Of a DNA stretch of 64,000 bases, positions 1 through 11,624 are shown in pieces. The translations under genes were made by a program, and so were the position numbers. The stretch comes from Isurus oxyrinchus. Lineage: Eukaryota. The number at the start of each line of letters is the position of its first letter. The first letter of the stretch is position 1. The DNA lies in contig JANJGN010000041.1 in NCBI GenBank assembly GCA_026770705.1, positions 1,116,001-1,180,000 on the forward strand. Direction: 5' to 3'. A model generated the notes under the pieces. It saw nothing but the letters and a program-made list of their open reading frames with translations. It ran no database searches and had not been told where the DNA came from.

Positions 1-249
1 AGGGCAAAATCAACAATCAATTCTAATTAAAAAGTGTTAAAATTTCATCAGTAGGTCTTACCTAACTGCCAAAAATAGCACATTGCTCAGTAGGTATTCG
101 TTGCAGAAAAAAGTGCAGTAAAACCCTCAAGGAGGGCCAAACATTGTGGAAGGACTTAAGTTTTGAATTGTAGTCACCTTGACATCAAAAACATTGCTGA
201 AGGCATTTAATGCACAGCTAAATCCCAAAACTATAAACGTGCTAATAAC

Positions 250-440
250 CTACCCGTTTTTTTCTCCCTCCTCTACTCGTCATGACTCTATCCCCCACCA
301 CCCACCATTCCCCACAGCCCTCCAGCCACCTTCTCTCACCGTCACTCTGTCCTCCCATTCTCAGTATCCTTCTGTCTCCCTCTGTTTCTCTGTCACCCCC
401 TCTTTCTGTCGCTCTCACTTTCTCACACCCCTTACTTCCA
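250..440. repeat. Pyrimidine-rich (CT/CCCA) low-complexity tract
   Basis: Runs of tctc/ctgt/ccca; the overlapping ORFs are S/P/L-rich artefacts. Confidence 0.7.
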
Positions 441-1135
441 TGCTGCATTGTAATTTATTTTACACTCTAACTGGCATGTAACATTGCAATGGGCCTTCAC
501 GGCCTGTACTTAACTGGGTGGGGGCGGGAGACGGTAGGAGCGCTCACCGTCTCTCCTCCATGAATTTCCCGCCTCCAAGTGCACCACTGCAGAGTGAAGG
601 AGATCCTGCCCTTTCTCCTAGAGAATGTCGTACAGTGTGTGTGAAAGTCTGATTAACTATATGCATCTGGAACTGAATGGGTTTTTGTGATTCATTTATT
701 TTGTTTTTCAGTCTTAAATTTCTGTGTGCAATGGAGACCCCTTCTATGTATTTTAATTTCCAATATTGCGAATGATTCGGGGGAATATTTAGAGATGTCA
801 GTCCCTATTCTTGCATACCATAGAGAGCCAGATGAGATATGAATGTAGGTCAAGGCCCTTAATAGTCAGCCACTTCATTGATGAGTAAGTGGCTGTCTCT
901 GTGGCAGTTAACGCTGCAACATTAATTCTGTAACTGTGTATATCTCAGTGCATCTGTGCATGCCCGCATCATTGTCTATATGTAAGTGACTGGTATTTTA
1001 TATATTCTGTGTGCATTTGCATTTCATACGGAATGTGAATGTAACATTAGTTCTGCACCTATATGTCTCTGGTGCTGTATGTGAATGTAAACTTCTGAAA
1101 GTAAACTTACGATTTGCCACAGTCATGCTGTTGAA

Positions 1136-1178
1136 AATTAATGCAACAATATTCATAGGTATTGTGTTCAATTTATAA
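1136..1178 (+). promoter_or_regulatory. Candidate GPCR promoter module (AATTAATG ... TTTATAA)
   Basis: AATTAATG at 1136-1143, then tcat..ttgtg, then TTTATAA at 1172-1178, ~140-180 bp upstream of the ATG at 1318. Same motif order as upstream of the 15145 and 41262 first exons. Confidence 0.4.
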
Positions 1179-1317
1179 GAGAAGTGAACTATTCATTGGA
1201 TTCAATTGCATTAAACAGTGTCTGTTATGACGTTGTATTGAAGCTGTGAAAAAAATAATCAGTTTTTCAAACTGATTCATTACCTTACACTGAATGAGAT
1301 CTTACAACCAAACTGGA

Positions 1318-1475
1318 ATGGATACGCACTCTACATTCTGGGATGTAGTATTGCCATTTATTCTTTATCATTCCTTGAGAAAATTGTGTCTCTTTGATGA
1401 ACGGCCTCATACTTAATTTATAGAAAATGTTTGACGTATTTTAATCTCCTGCTGCTTGCGTTTTTGGATTACTTC
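1318..1475 (+). pseudogene. Degenerate first exon (N-terminus + TM1) of a GPR139-like GPCR
   Basis: MDTHSTFWDVV...FIENV then, after a frameshift, PAACVFGLL, resembling IExIYYPILAxxGVP. In-frame TAA at 1414-1416; the expected donor reads c|taatg. Plausible partner of the + exon 2 at 10123. Confidence 0.45.
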
Positions 1476-3329
1476 TAATGAATGTAATTACCAGCTGTAC
1501 TGAGCTGGAGGTGAATAACACTTTGTCTTTTTTGTCTTGTTAGACTGTTGGATGGAAAATTTGTCTTTGAAGCTTTGGGTCAGTGTGAAAATGATCACTT
1601 ATTTTGTTTGTGACTGCGGAACTGATAGCATGACATGATTTTGGGATTCTTTCATGATCTGCCCCCTAACTGGTAGTAAAACAGCTCGCTGCATTTCTCC
1701 TTGCATCGACAATTTCGTCATCGTTCTGCTCCCTTTTAGTAACTGTCTGCAAGAGAAAAGAAAAACCTCTTATACTGCAGGAAATAGATTAAGCTCAATA
1801 CCTCAAAATGATCAAGGACATCTGTTGCAAAATATTCCTCTTGAACAAGAGAAAAATGAACGCCAGCAAAACCCAACAATATCAAAGCATGTTTCGAATA
1901 CTCTCGCGCAGGGCACTACTGCTGTTTTCCGCGCGTTTGCAGTAGCTTCACAGCCGTTCCTGGACATTTAGAATCGAACAGAACACAGCACTGCACTTGA
2001 ATGGAAATTCCACATTGAGCAATGACATTTAAGCGAGCCACTTTTATATATCGAGCATACATTCAACCAACCATTCAACGTGACAGGGTTGGGGTTGGAT
2101 GTTGGGGGGCAGCCAAATTTTCAAATGTGTCCTCCCATCTTCTTACCTGGTGACTGAATAAGATATCCTTTGCACCATATGCACATTGTGATTGTACGGC
2201 TATTTATTCCTGATTTTGTTGTTCAGCTACAATGAGTGAGATACTGGAACTAACCAAGGAAAGTGTATTGAAAGATGAGATGTGGCCTAGTCTCGGCTCG
2301 GGTAACCCTTTCACATTCTCTTCCAGTTGTCATTTTTTTCAGTGAACCTCAGTCGTTAGAATGAGAAAATAATCCGTTCCTCATTTTGGATTTCAGGAAA
2401 CATGGGCGTGGCATCTGCTCCCCAAAATATGACCAAAGGGATCCAGTGAAGGAAATTAGGTGGTTTGCCAAATACGCTGCCCTGCTAGATTCGTGTCTTG
2501 TACATTGAAGTGGTGGGAGATCCTCTCGTGAACGTGACCATTGCCCCAGTTCGTTAATTTCACGCTGGATGGAACATTTCTTCCTGGTAATCTGGATTTG
2601 TTTGACGGTTTACCTACCCAAACACGTTATCCCGTATTACTGCTTCCTGAGTAATTGTCTGTGTGCAGAGAAAAAGCACCTTTCAGTCTCCTGTTTCTAT
2701 TTCAGATCAGTGTGTATGAAGACAAAGTGTTTGAGAGTGTACGTGGGTTGTAAGAATGTGGAATTTGGAGGTAGAGGCTTGAGGACTCCACATAATATTA
2801 TTCTGAAGGGCGTCATAATGTATTCAGAGAAGGTAGTATTTCAGGCAGCCCAAGACCTCAGCAGTCTGAAAGTGTTAGTTTCGTTATAACACCCGAAAAT
2901 GTTTGAAATGCAGATAACCAGGAGATAGCCTTTACTTTCGCTCTATTAGACTTTTTGGTGGATGTGTTTAATAACTTTCCTCCAGGTTTCAAGAAAAATA
3001 CTATCTATCAAGCTAGGTTTCACTTTGTGCTCTAACTATTCCAGTAAGAACATCAGCTGGCATCAAAACAACTATTTATCAATCAACAGAGGGACTGATT
3101 TGAGTAATAATTCAACTGGCGAACGTGAAAATGAATCCTTCGCTGTGTTTGAAACAGGCAGCATCCCCCGAAGGCTAAGAGATTTAATCACCTTGTTTTT
3201 GATGGCTTTTTGAAGATGAGCAATTGCATTATGCCTGCTCCTTCCCTTCTCCATCCCCACAGCCATGCAGTTAAAACAGAAACACAAAGAGTTCAGGCAG
3301 GACATATGTTCACTTCAGAATCAGTAGGG

Positions 3330-4520
3330 GACATTATTAAATGCTCGTTCAAAACAAAAATAAATAGATGCTGAAATGATCTTTACTTGTTTTGAGAAGA
3401 AAGATAAATGGATAAATTGGAAAAAGGGAAATTGGAGGTTCGCCGTGCAGAGCAAATTGACATGTAGAGCATAGGAATGTTTTGCTTCACAGTCAGAGGA
3501 GATTTCCAAGGAATATGATCAGGTGAAAAAAGACCATTTTTATTGCATATGAGCAAATCCATGCAGCATACAAGCAGGCATTTCGAAATTTAACAATACA
3601 GCCTGGGCAAAATTACATTCAATTTGAAACTGTTAATCAAAGCAATTTTAACAGGTGGACACGAGCATTTGGAGTTACAAATACATACAGACTTGTCGAA
3701 GAGATCATTTTCTTGGAAGCCGTTCAAAACGCCGTACCATCTTTCAAAAGAACCCATGTGGAACACCAAAGGTTTGTAACTGCCAGACAGGCAGCAGTAA
3801 TGGCGGCGATTATGAGCTGGTGCATGAAACCAAACAATTTGTTCCATCACTCACATAGATTTGATAAGGATAGAAACTGGGAGAATGCAAGTAAGGTGAG
3901 TAGCCAGGGTAAATAATTGATAGCTGCGAATCATTTGAGAGCTCCTCCAAAGATCAGAAAGGAAGATAAAGTGTGTAGAGGTAATTCTAGATGGCCGACC
4001 TGTTACCACTGTAATAAATTGGGACAGATTCGTTCAGAATACTGGAAGTTTTGAGGGAATCCAATGGGATTCAATGGAGTTCACAAGAATGAGTCCGCAA
4101 AGGGAAATCAAAAAGGAAAATACAACGGTTGAAACTGTAGCTTTATCTACAAATACCGGCCTGAAGGTAAACAGTGCTTTGAAAGCAGACGAAGTGAATA
4201 AGCTAGATGTGAGATATAAAGGATTTTTGCCTAAAGGGAAGATAGCACCTTATCATTAACTGATGCAGCTTAACCAATACGAAGGGACATAGGGGCTAAT
4301 CAAACACATTTCCTGGAAGGGACCAAGAGTTACCTCCAGAGTTTTCAATGAAAAATAAAGGACCGGTAAATGGGATAACAGGAGTGAATATCCCGCATCC
4401 ATGGTGCACAGCGTAACTGAAATTTGATTTGCTGTCTGGGTCGGTGGCTGTAGGAGTGGCTAAGAAATTATCAGTGAATGGAGTGAATCTACTCGTGGGG
4501 AATGATTTTGCAGGAGTGTA
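3330..4520 (+). mobile_element. Gypsy (Gmr1-like) LTR retrotransposon gag-protease remnant
   Basis: Manual translation: FEKKDKWINWKKGNWRFAVQSKLTCRA*ECFA..YDQVKK..AYE..AYKQAFRN; FNRWTRAFGV..EEIIFLEAVQNAVP..RTHVEHQRFVTARQAAVMA.DYELVH (capsid/SCAN-like); CYHCNKLGQIRSEYW (decayed CCHC knuckle); RDIGANQT (DTGA-type protease site); VNGVNLLVGNDFAG. Confidence 0.8.
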
Positions 4521-4554
4521 GCTTTGACCATAATCTCAGAAAATCTGTTACTGA

Positions 4555-4650
4555 TCTGGGAGGATTTGAACTCATGTCATCACAATATCTGCCTACGAAT
4601 TTGGCCTTAGGATTCAATGATAATAACACTTTACCATCTACTCTCTACAG
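4555..4650 (-). mobile_element. tRNA-derived SINE head fragment
   Basis: ggaggatttgaactcatg (reverse B-box-like GTTCAAATCC) followed by ...ttaccatctac; resembles the reversed 5' end of shark SINEs. Confidence 0.4.
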
Positions 4651-4899
4651 CCACATTGCTGCTCGGGTGGTTTATAGGCAAGGTATATGTAACTTATGTA
4701 GTTTTGGGTACATAGTAATGACCATGGCTCTGACAAATGTAAGAAACCTGCAAAGAGCCGGCTCCTGCCTGTCGCTTCCAGTACAACCAAGTATTCCAAA
4801 CAGTGAGACAGATTGGCAAAATTGCCAGAATGATTCTTAGCAAAATGTGGATTATACAGCAAATGGTGTCCATTGGCAGAATCACAACTAGGGCGGACA

Positions 4900-6560
4900 C
4901 TGCATTTTGAGCTTTGAAAATACCAGCTGTTTGGATATGGTCTGTACCTTGCCCAAGAAAAACAATGTCTAGGGCATGTTCTTTGATCCGTTTCGGCAGC
5001 CTTTGGACTGTACAGTCTACATGTGTCTTGCACTGAAATTGATATATCTCGTGGCGTGTATGTGTGATGGCAGATCGGGACTCTCTGCTGATCTAGACTC
5101 ACCAACATTGCGTGAAGCATCATACATTGCTCTTATGAACTCTGCAACTTGCAGCGTACAGTTCAGTTTGAATGACGCTATGCATCCCCTAATAGACGAT
5201 CTTTCCATGGGATGCCCTCTAGGCCCTGCAGTCGAAATCATCTTTGCTGGGTTCCATGAGAAACCTTTCTTCAATTGACAGACACTGTACATCCTACCCA
5301 TCGAATCTTTCTGATACACAGTTGATAGGTTGCTCTATTTAAAAGGACAGATGAATGTAATAGTTGCTTAAAATATTCCAATTGGCTCTCTCCTACCCTC
5401 AAATTCACAAATATAGGAGTCAAATGCCCTGCTCGTAGTGAAATCTGCGCGAGGTTCTCTAGCATGTTCTTTCGCAATCTTCCGTACAATGGTCCATTGG
5501 GATTTTTACAGTTCCACAAGTAAGAAGGTCAGTCTCATCCACCGTCTTGTAAAATGGCCCCATTTGTTCTGCATGCAAATTTGATGGTAAAATAGGGCCC
5601 ACCAAACGCAACCAGCAGGAGAATGGCCGCCTTGCTCAGATCATTTAGCGTTATATATCAGACAACCTCATGAACAGGCCTAATGCCATCACTTTAGGCC
5701 CTGAAAGGTGCCGTATCTGCCTCAGATTACCACTGAGGGAGAAGGTATATCAAAAACATGAGCAACAAGGGAAGCCAATGGTTTCAAGCTGCCTCTATAC
5801 ATTAGCAACAAGAGGAGTATTCAGCAGTAATCGAATGCAGTTGCCAAGCCAGAACAATGTACTGTCTAATACACAAACGAGTAGCAAGGTATATGAATTT
5901 ATGAACCAGAGTGATGATAGGTATGAAGGTCATCCATCACAAGCGCTGACGGATCTTATCAAGCAACATATGCCAGCCATTGTTTGCAGTGGTCAAGATG
6001 CAGACGTTACTAAAATCAAGGGGTGCTTGAAAACTACAAAAAAAAATGTACAGCATTACCGTGTCCGGTGATGGGAAAGCATTTGCTAAATAATCCTCAT
6101 GGTGCTAAGAATTACAGTGACAACCAATTTGAGAATGTCAGTCGGATCACACTGTTGCACTTGCGTCAACTGGAAACTACGTTTTAATGCACAGTTCCAC
6201 GCAGACAGAAGGAATATGTACACACATATACATCTGTTTGAGTGAAACCAAATAAGTGATAGTTATTCGTTGGCTCATCCCACAAGGTAATGCCTTAAGA
6301 AATTAAGAAAATCGAGCAGCCTGGTTAACATTGCAAACAAAGTTTGTCAGTTAGCTGTCAGCCTCCATGGCTGATGCATTCTCCATTACAACCCCTCTAC
6401 CAACTGAGTCTATTTCCCAATAAATCAAAGCGCTCCATTCACAAACAGCATAAAGTGTTCTTTCCCTTATATTGATATTATTTGAGAAAAGCACTGAGGA
6501 GTGCTAGACGAAACGTTCCGAAATGTTTCTGCTTTATCTATACTCGGGAATTAATATTTA
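4900..6560 (+). mobile_element. Penelope-like element (RT + GIY-YIG), degenerate
   Basis: LIDDLSMGCPLGPAVEIIFAGFHEK (PLE RT GxxMGSPLxP motif); GPERCRICLRLP; SKVYEFMNQSDDRYEGHPSQALTDLIKQH (GIY-YIG-like VYE..YxGxT..L..RI.QH); many stops and frameshifts; 3' terminal region carries a hammerhead-like core. Confidence 0.85.
6488..6535 (+). ncRNA. Type I hammerhead ribozyme-like motif at the PLE 3' terminus
   Basis: aaagca-CTGAGGA-GT(gctag)AC-GAAA-CGTT(ccga)AATG-TTTC-tgcttt: intact CUGANGA and GAAA boxes, short stem II, stem III and a 6-bp stem I. The cleavage junction has 2 extra nt. Confidence 0.55.
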
Positions 6561-6699
6561 TATGAAAGTGAACAGATGATAGCTTGCAAGGATAATTTGC
6601 AACAGGCTCCACTGTGGAATTTACAAATAACACCCTGAAAGCAATTGTGAACCAAGAATGTGAAAACCAAGCGTAAAAGTTAAAACAATTACAATCACT

Positions 6700-8270
6700 A
6701 GGAAAATGATACAGATAATATTATTAGTCAGAAAGCTAATGATCCCAATGCCTTGATGGAATTTGGCATAGGGTACGAATATAAGTTATGTCCAAGGAAG
6801 TATCTGTATTTTTTTCACATTCATGAGATTCTGTAAAAACACCCAATCAGTTTTGAAATTATTGCGTATAACCCCGCTATTCGAAAAAAAAGATGGAGAC
6901 AGAAATCAAATAACTGCGGACAATTAATTAACCAGTCGTTGCCAAACTGTGGGAATCTATTTAAAATGACTGATTCCTGGGCTGTCATATAACGTGAGCA
7001 TCAGGCAAAGTCAAACATGTATTTTTTTAAAGCGAAATCGTCTTGTGGTTATTAAGGAGAATTGTTCGACGATATTACAAACAATCAGGATAAATCACTA
7101 TCTGCGGATGGGTTCCACGTAGATTTCCCAGAAGCATTTGAAAAGCTGCAAAATCAACCATTACAATTCAAAGTAATGGCAAATGGTGCAGCAGATAACA
7201 TATTCAGATAGAGTGCAAATAGGTTAGAAAACAGGAAACAGAGTCGGCATAAATTGCATAAGTTTCGTTTTCGAAAGCTGTAACGATTGCCAACGGGATC
7301 AATGGCAGGGCCTCAAATATTTGCAATCTCTGTTACTGGTTCGGATGAATGGGCCGAAGGTTACAGAATGCTGTTTTTCAATTTGCTGATGACACGACGA
7401 TACGTGGCAAGGTGGTTTGTGAAGAGGGTATTAGTGGTCTGCAAATGGAGACATGTATGATAAATGACTGTGTTATGAATATCAAAGTGAGTACAATGTG
7501 GGGAAAATAGTATAACTTTGCCATTATGAATGGAAAACCGGCAGATTTCCTAATAGAAGAAAGAGTGCATAACGTTGGCTTAGATGTGATTTGGATTTCA
7601 TTGCATATGTATAGCAGAGATTTAGTATGCAAATGTGTATATAGGTAAATGAAACGCCATAGGTTATTGCAAATGGAATGGAATATAAAGATATCGAATT
7701 TTTGCTACAATTAGCAGGGAGCAGTTGAGACCTCATTCATGATGAGCCATGCAGTTTTGGTCAACTTCTTTAAGAAAACCGCTTTTGAAACAGCTCAGAG
7801 GATCTTCACCTCAGAGATCCCTGTGCTGAGACATTGTCTTCTGAGGATACGTTGTAAAGATTGAATATGTAACCCTTCGTGTGCAGAAGAATCAAAATGG
7901 TTCATTGAAACACTAATAATCCTGATGGGCCTTGATAGGGTGGCTCGCTGAAGGAATGTTCTCTTTGTGGAAGAGGCCAGAGATAGGGGACACCATTTAA
8001 AAACTTAGTCTCTCGCTTGTGACAGGGATGAGGACTGTGTGCTTCTCGGCGGTCATTAGGCTGTGGAAAGCTCTTCCACGGACAATGGTAAAACAGATTC
8101 ATTGACTATTTTACGACAATGGATCACAGATTCTTGAGTGACAAGGGAAGCCACGAAATATCGGTATTCGCAGGATAGTGATGTTTGAGGCCACAGTCAG
8201 ATCACTTATGATCGCAATGAATTGAGGTGTAGTTTTGTGAATCCGATTTTCTGATTCCTGTTTCTAAGTC
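6700..8270 (+). mobile_element. Old CR1 LINE ORF2 (RT) and 3' tail, highly degenerate
   Basis: PLFEKK..RQKSNNCGQ, VDFPEAFEK (DFQKAFDK-like), QFADDTTIRG, and a CR1-like 3' UTR around 8200-8270. Confidence 0.75.
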
Positions 8271-8599
8271 ATATATCCGTATCTTCAGCTCTGTTCTGTT
8301 GAATAGAGGGGCGCTGGATGCTTGAGCCAATAGGATATTGCTGTTTGTCTCTAGCTCTATAAGGCTGAATTCCAGATTGTACTGTGGGAAGCGTAGCACT
8401 GCTACCTCCCGGGCTATCTGGTTACTTTCTTGTCCAAGCATGCTGGACAGGTGCTTCAGAGGCACCTGAAGCAAGCTGTGCAACAATAACCCTCTGACTG
8501 GAAAAATTCCAACGATACACCATTATGTTATGGCATCTTATATTCAAACCATCACGAAGGCCTTGTATGTCGATGCCTTTAACCTAGTTTGACCTCACA

Positions 8600-8760
8600 A
8601 CTTCCACAACTCAGCCAAAGCTGTAATAATCGTCGCTCCTTCTGCTACCTCTATGTTCGACTCTTCAAACGGATTCCTGGCTGGTCTCCTACTTTCTATC
8701 AGGTATAAACCTCAGGTTAGGCAAAAGGCTGCGGTCTGTGTCCTAACTCCCAGCAGTCCT
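8600..8760 (+). mobile_element. L2 LINE C-terminal fragment
   Basis: TSMFDSSNGFLAGL..YKPQVRQKAAVCVLT resembles the L2 TSRLDYxNxLLAGL..KLQxxQNxAARxLT motif. Confidence 0.6.
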
Positions 8761-9039
8761 GATGTATTTAAAGGCTGCGTTCCAGTAAAGCAAGTTCAAA
8801 TCTCCGGGTGTGTGTGAGTCTAGATTACAAATTGTTTTCTGTGTCTTCTCTCCTGTCTCAGCGACAGTCTGCAACACACTGTTGATCACTGTGCTTTAAT
8901 GTTTTCGTGAGTGCATTTTTTGTCAGTGTTTGTGTCTATGTGCGTGTGTGTGCATGTGAGTGTCTCCAATGAGTTTATAAGTCTCTCATTGAAGGAGATG
9001 TCCTGTTACTAGGGACAATCTGCACACTCCGAATATCTA

Positions 9040-9540
9040 TTGATTTATTCATTCACGTGACTGGACTGTTGCTCGCTGGGCCATCGTTTTTGCTCTCCGT
9101 TCCTTTCTGCTTTTTAGGATCTTGAATAAGCTGCCTCCTCGAAGTGCTGCAGTGGAGGTAGACAGAAAATTATGTTTCAGAGGGAGCTGCACAATGTTGA
9201 ATCAGTGAAAATGAAACAACAGCGATAAAGATCCAAGCTGGGCTGATGTGTGGCTAGGAGAGCAGCTTTCAGTTGATGGTGTTTGCATGTATCTAGTGAT
9301 GTTGTAATTCTAGGCAGAAGAGTTACTGGTAATGGATGTAGCTGTCGAAGGAGCCAAACACTCAGGACAGTGTGTTCCTGTGGTAAAGAGAGTGCTTGTA
9401 GAAGATAGTCATGACCTGGCAGTACAGCAGGCTGCCTTGTCCTCGGTGGTGTCGAGCTGCTTGCTGCTTGCGTGTTATTGGAGGTGACCAATTTGGAATT
9501 GTCCTGCTTTCTGTGGACAGGAGATACTTGGGCAGTTATC
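9040..9540 (-). mobile_element. 3' end of a CR1/L2-group LINE (same family as 55700-56570)
   Basis: Begins tttattcattcacgtga..., the reverse complement of the tail type seen at 56460-56570. Confidence 0.55.
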
Positions 9541-10122
9541 CACATTGTGTACGTGTGTGACTGAGTTTGTATGTCTTTGCAAGCCATCATGTGAGGCCTT
9601 GTATCATTCCAGACGCCTGTTACATTTGGTTCCACAAATCAGCCGCCTCTGCCTCCTTTACCGACTTGCTCCACAGTCACGCGGAAACCATCGCAATCAA
9701 GTCACCAAAAATGACCTCCAGCTCCCCGTCAAAGCGGCTGTCCAATGCTATAGTTTTGCTACATCACTCCAGGGTCTGAGCAACACCCCTGGCTTTCAGC
9801 ATCACCGCACACTCGACACAACATGGCTGCCATTGTCACCCCCATTTTCACCATCGCGCCTGACTCCTTCTGTCACCCTCTATTCCCCATCAAATGTTGC
9901 TCTTCTTCGCTCCAAACCCCTCATTAGCTCATGATTCACTGATGCAATGTTTCTTGCCTTCTAGTAAAACACTATCGTTCGCCATTGTTCTTTGATGCAC
10001 AATTACTTCAATAAATAAATGAGGAAACTGAAACATCTGAATTCCTCCATGTATCCTCTAAAAACTGCTAACTTTCCCTTTAGCTTAATGTGCAAAAATT
10101 TTTTTCTTTAACTTCCATATAG

Positions 10123-11089
10123 TTAACTTTGTGACAATTGAGATACTATCTTGGAAGAATGCTGGTCTTTCCGAATGTGTCACTTGTTACCTGTTGGCTG
10201 TGGCCGTGGCGGATCTACTTGTACTTAACTTCGACCTGATACTGAGGTACATTCCAATACTTTACGATGAGCAGTTTCATTCGATGAAGGCCATGCGCTT
10301 TTGTAATGTCCATGCTGTCTTGCTTTATGCAGCCACTGACTGCTCTGCCTGGTTCACCGTCACTTTCACCTTTTATCCATTTGAGGTCATTTCTTGTCAG
10401 AAGTTGAGAAGTAAATATTGAAGCGAGAAAACTGTTGCTGTGGTACTGAGTACAGTGACTGTGTTTAGCTGTTTAAAGAATATTTCTTGGTATTTCATGT
10501 TAACAGCTCGGTGTTGGCTCGTGAACTACCCCTGGTTTTGCGCCATCGTGTTTGAATTTCAGAAGCCTTACATTTGGGGATCAATCGAGTTTCTTCACAG
10601 CATTTTAACCCCGTTTGTCCCATTTGTCCTCATTCTACTGCTCATTCTTTTCTCCATCAAGCACATTTTAGTGACCAGCAGAGCCTGCAAAAGACTGTGA
10701 CACCAAAGCAATGGGGACAGTCCTAAGACCACGGGATGTAGAGTCGAAGGAAATCCATGATATTATTATTTGTTATCTCGGCAAATCACATCCTCTTATG
10801 GGCAATATTATTTGTGTATTCAATATGGAGGCGAATGTGGGGTTTGGAGTATACATCTGTACTAATGGATGCATTTATGCAGGAAGCGGTTTTCAAATTG
10901 CAGCTCCTGAGTTGCTGCACACACATTTTTATTTATGCCGTGACTCAGACTATGTTTAGAGATAAGTTGAAACTTGTGTTGAAATATCCCTTTCCTCCAA
11001 TCTTTCATTTCATTCAATTAATAATGAGAAGAACTGAATCACTAAAAAAATCCACCATTTTCTCAAATTATTTCATTGTTCCAGAATAG
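10123..11089 (+). pseudogene. GPR139/GPR142-like class A GPCR, exon 2 (TM1 end to TM7), disabled
   Basis: Polypyrimidine tract plus AG acceptor at 10121-10122, phase 1: (V)NFVTIEILSWKNAGLSECVTCYLLAVAVADLLV..ATDCSAWFTVTFTF..LTPFVPFVLILLL..SRRKSMILLFVIS..LQLLSCCTHIFIYAVTQTMFRDKLK. TGA at 10419-10421 and 10698-10700, a frameshift in ICL3, and DRF changed to YPF. Confidence 0.92.
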
Positions 11090-11624
11090 ATGTGCGCTAT
11101 TGTTTTGGAACAGAGTTATAAAGTGACCTGTTCATTTGGTAATAGGGCGGAGGGAGGAGACCCACGCTCGTGTGTTTCAAAGGAGCTGGTTTTGTGTCAG
11201 GTTGGCTGAGTGGAAGGGTCCTGTTATGATTACAGTGAGGTAACGTGATCTGCCTCAGTAGGCACAAAGAGAAGGCCGGGCTGTTCAATAGGGAATTGGA
11301 GCGCCTGGGGCATGTCTCCATCATTAAAGCATACGAGCATGGCTTATATCTATGGAAAAACAAGAAAATGAAGTCAATTACTGTGCTATCAGAACATGCT
11401 TGGAGCCTGCTGTCTTGAAATCATTGCTGGGGCATTGTCTTTACTGTGTCAGGGGGGTTCTTTCAGCATTGCACCAGAACATCAACATTTGTTGCTACCT
11501 TAACTGAGCGACTGTCACCATGCGAACAGTGGTGTCAGTCTGTTGACATGGTAACAGAGCTAGAACCGGGCCAGACGTTATGGCAAGAGAGCGTTGACTG
11601 GAGCTGTCAAAAATGAAACAGAAA

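Noticed and set aside
179-481. 100-aa ORF and overlapping ORFs
   Set aside because: They translate a pyrimidine-rich low-complexity tract; no domain signature.
2200-2891. Possible Gypsy LTR ending ..gttataaca
   Set aside because: No second LTR, PBS or TSD could be identified, so it is not supportable as a feature.
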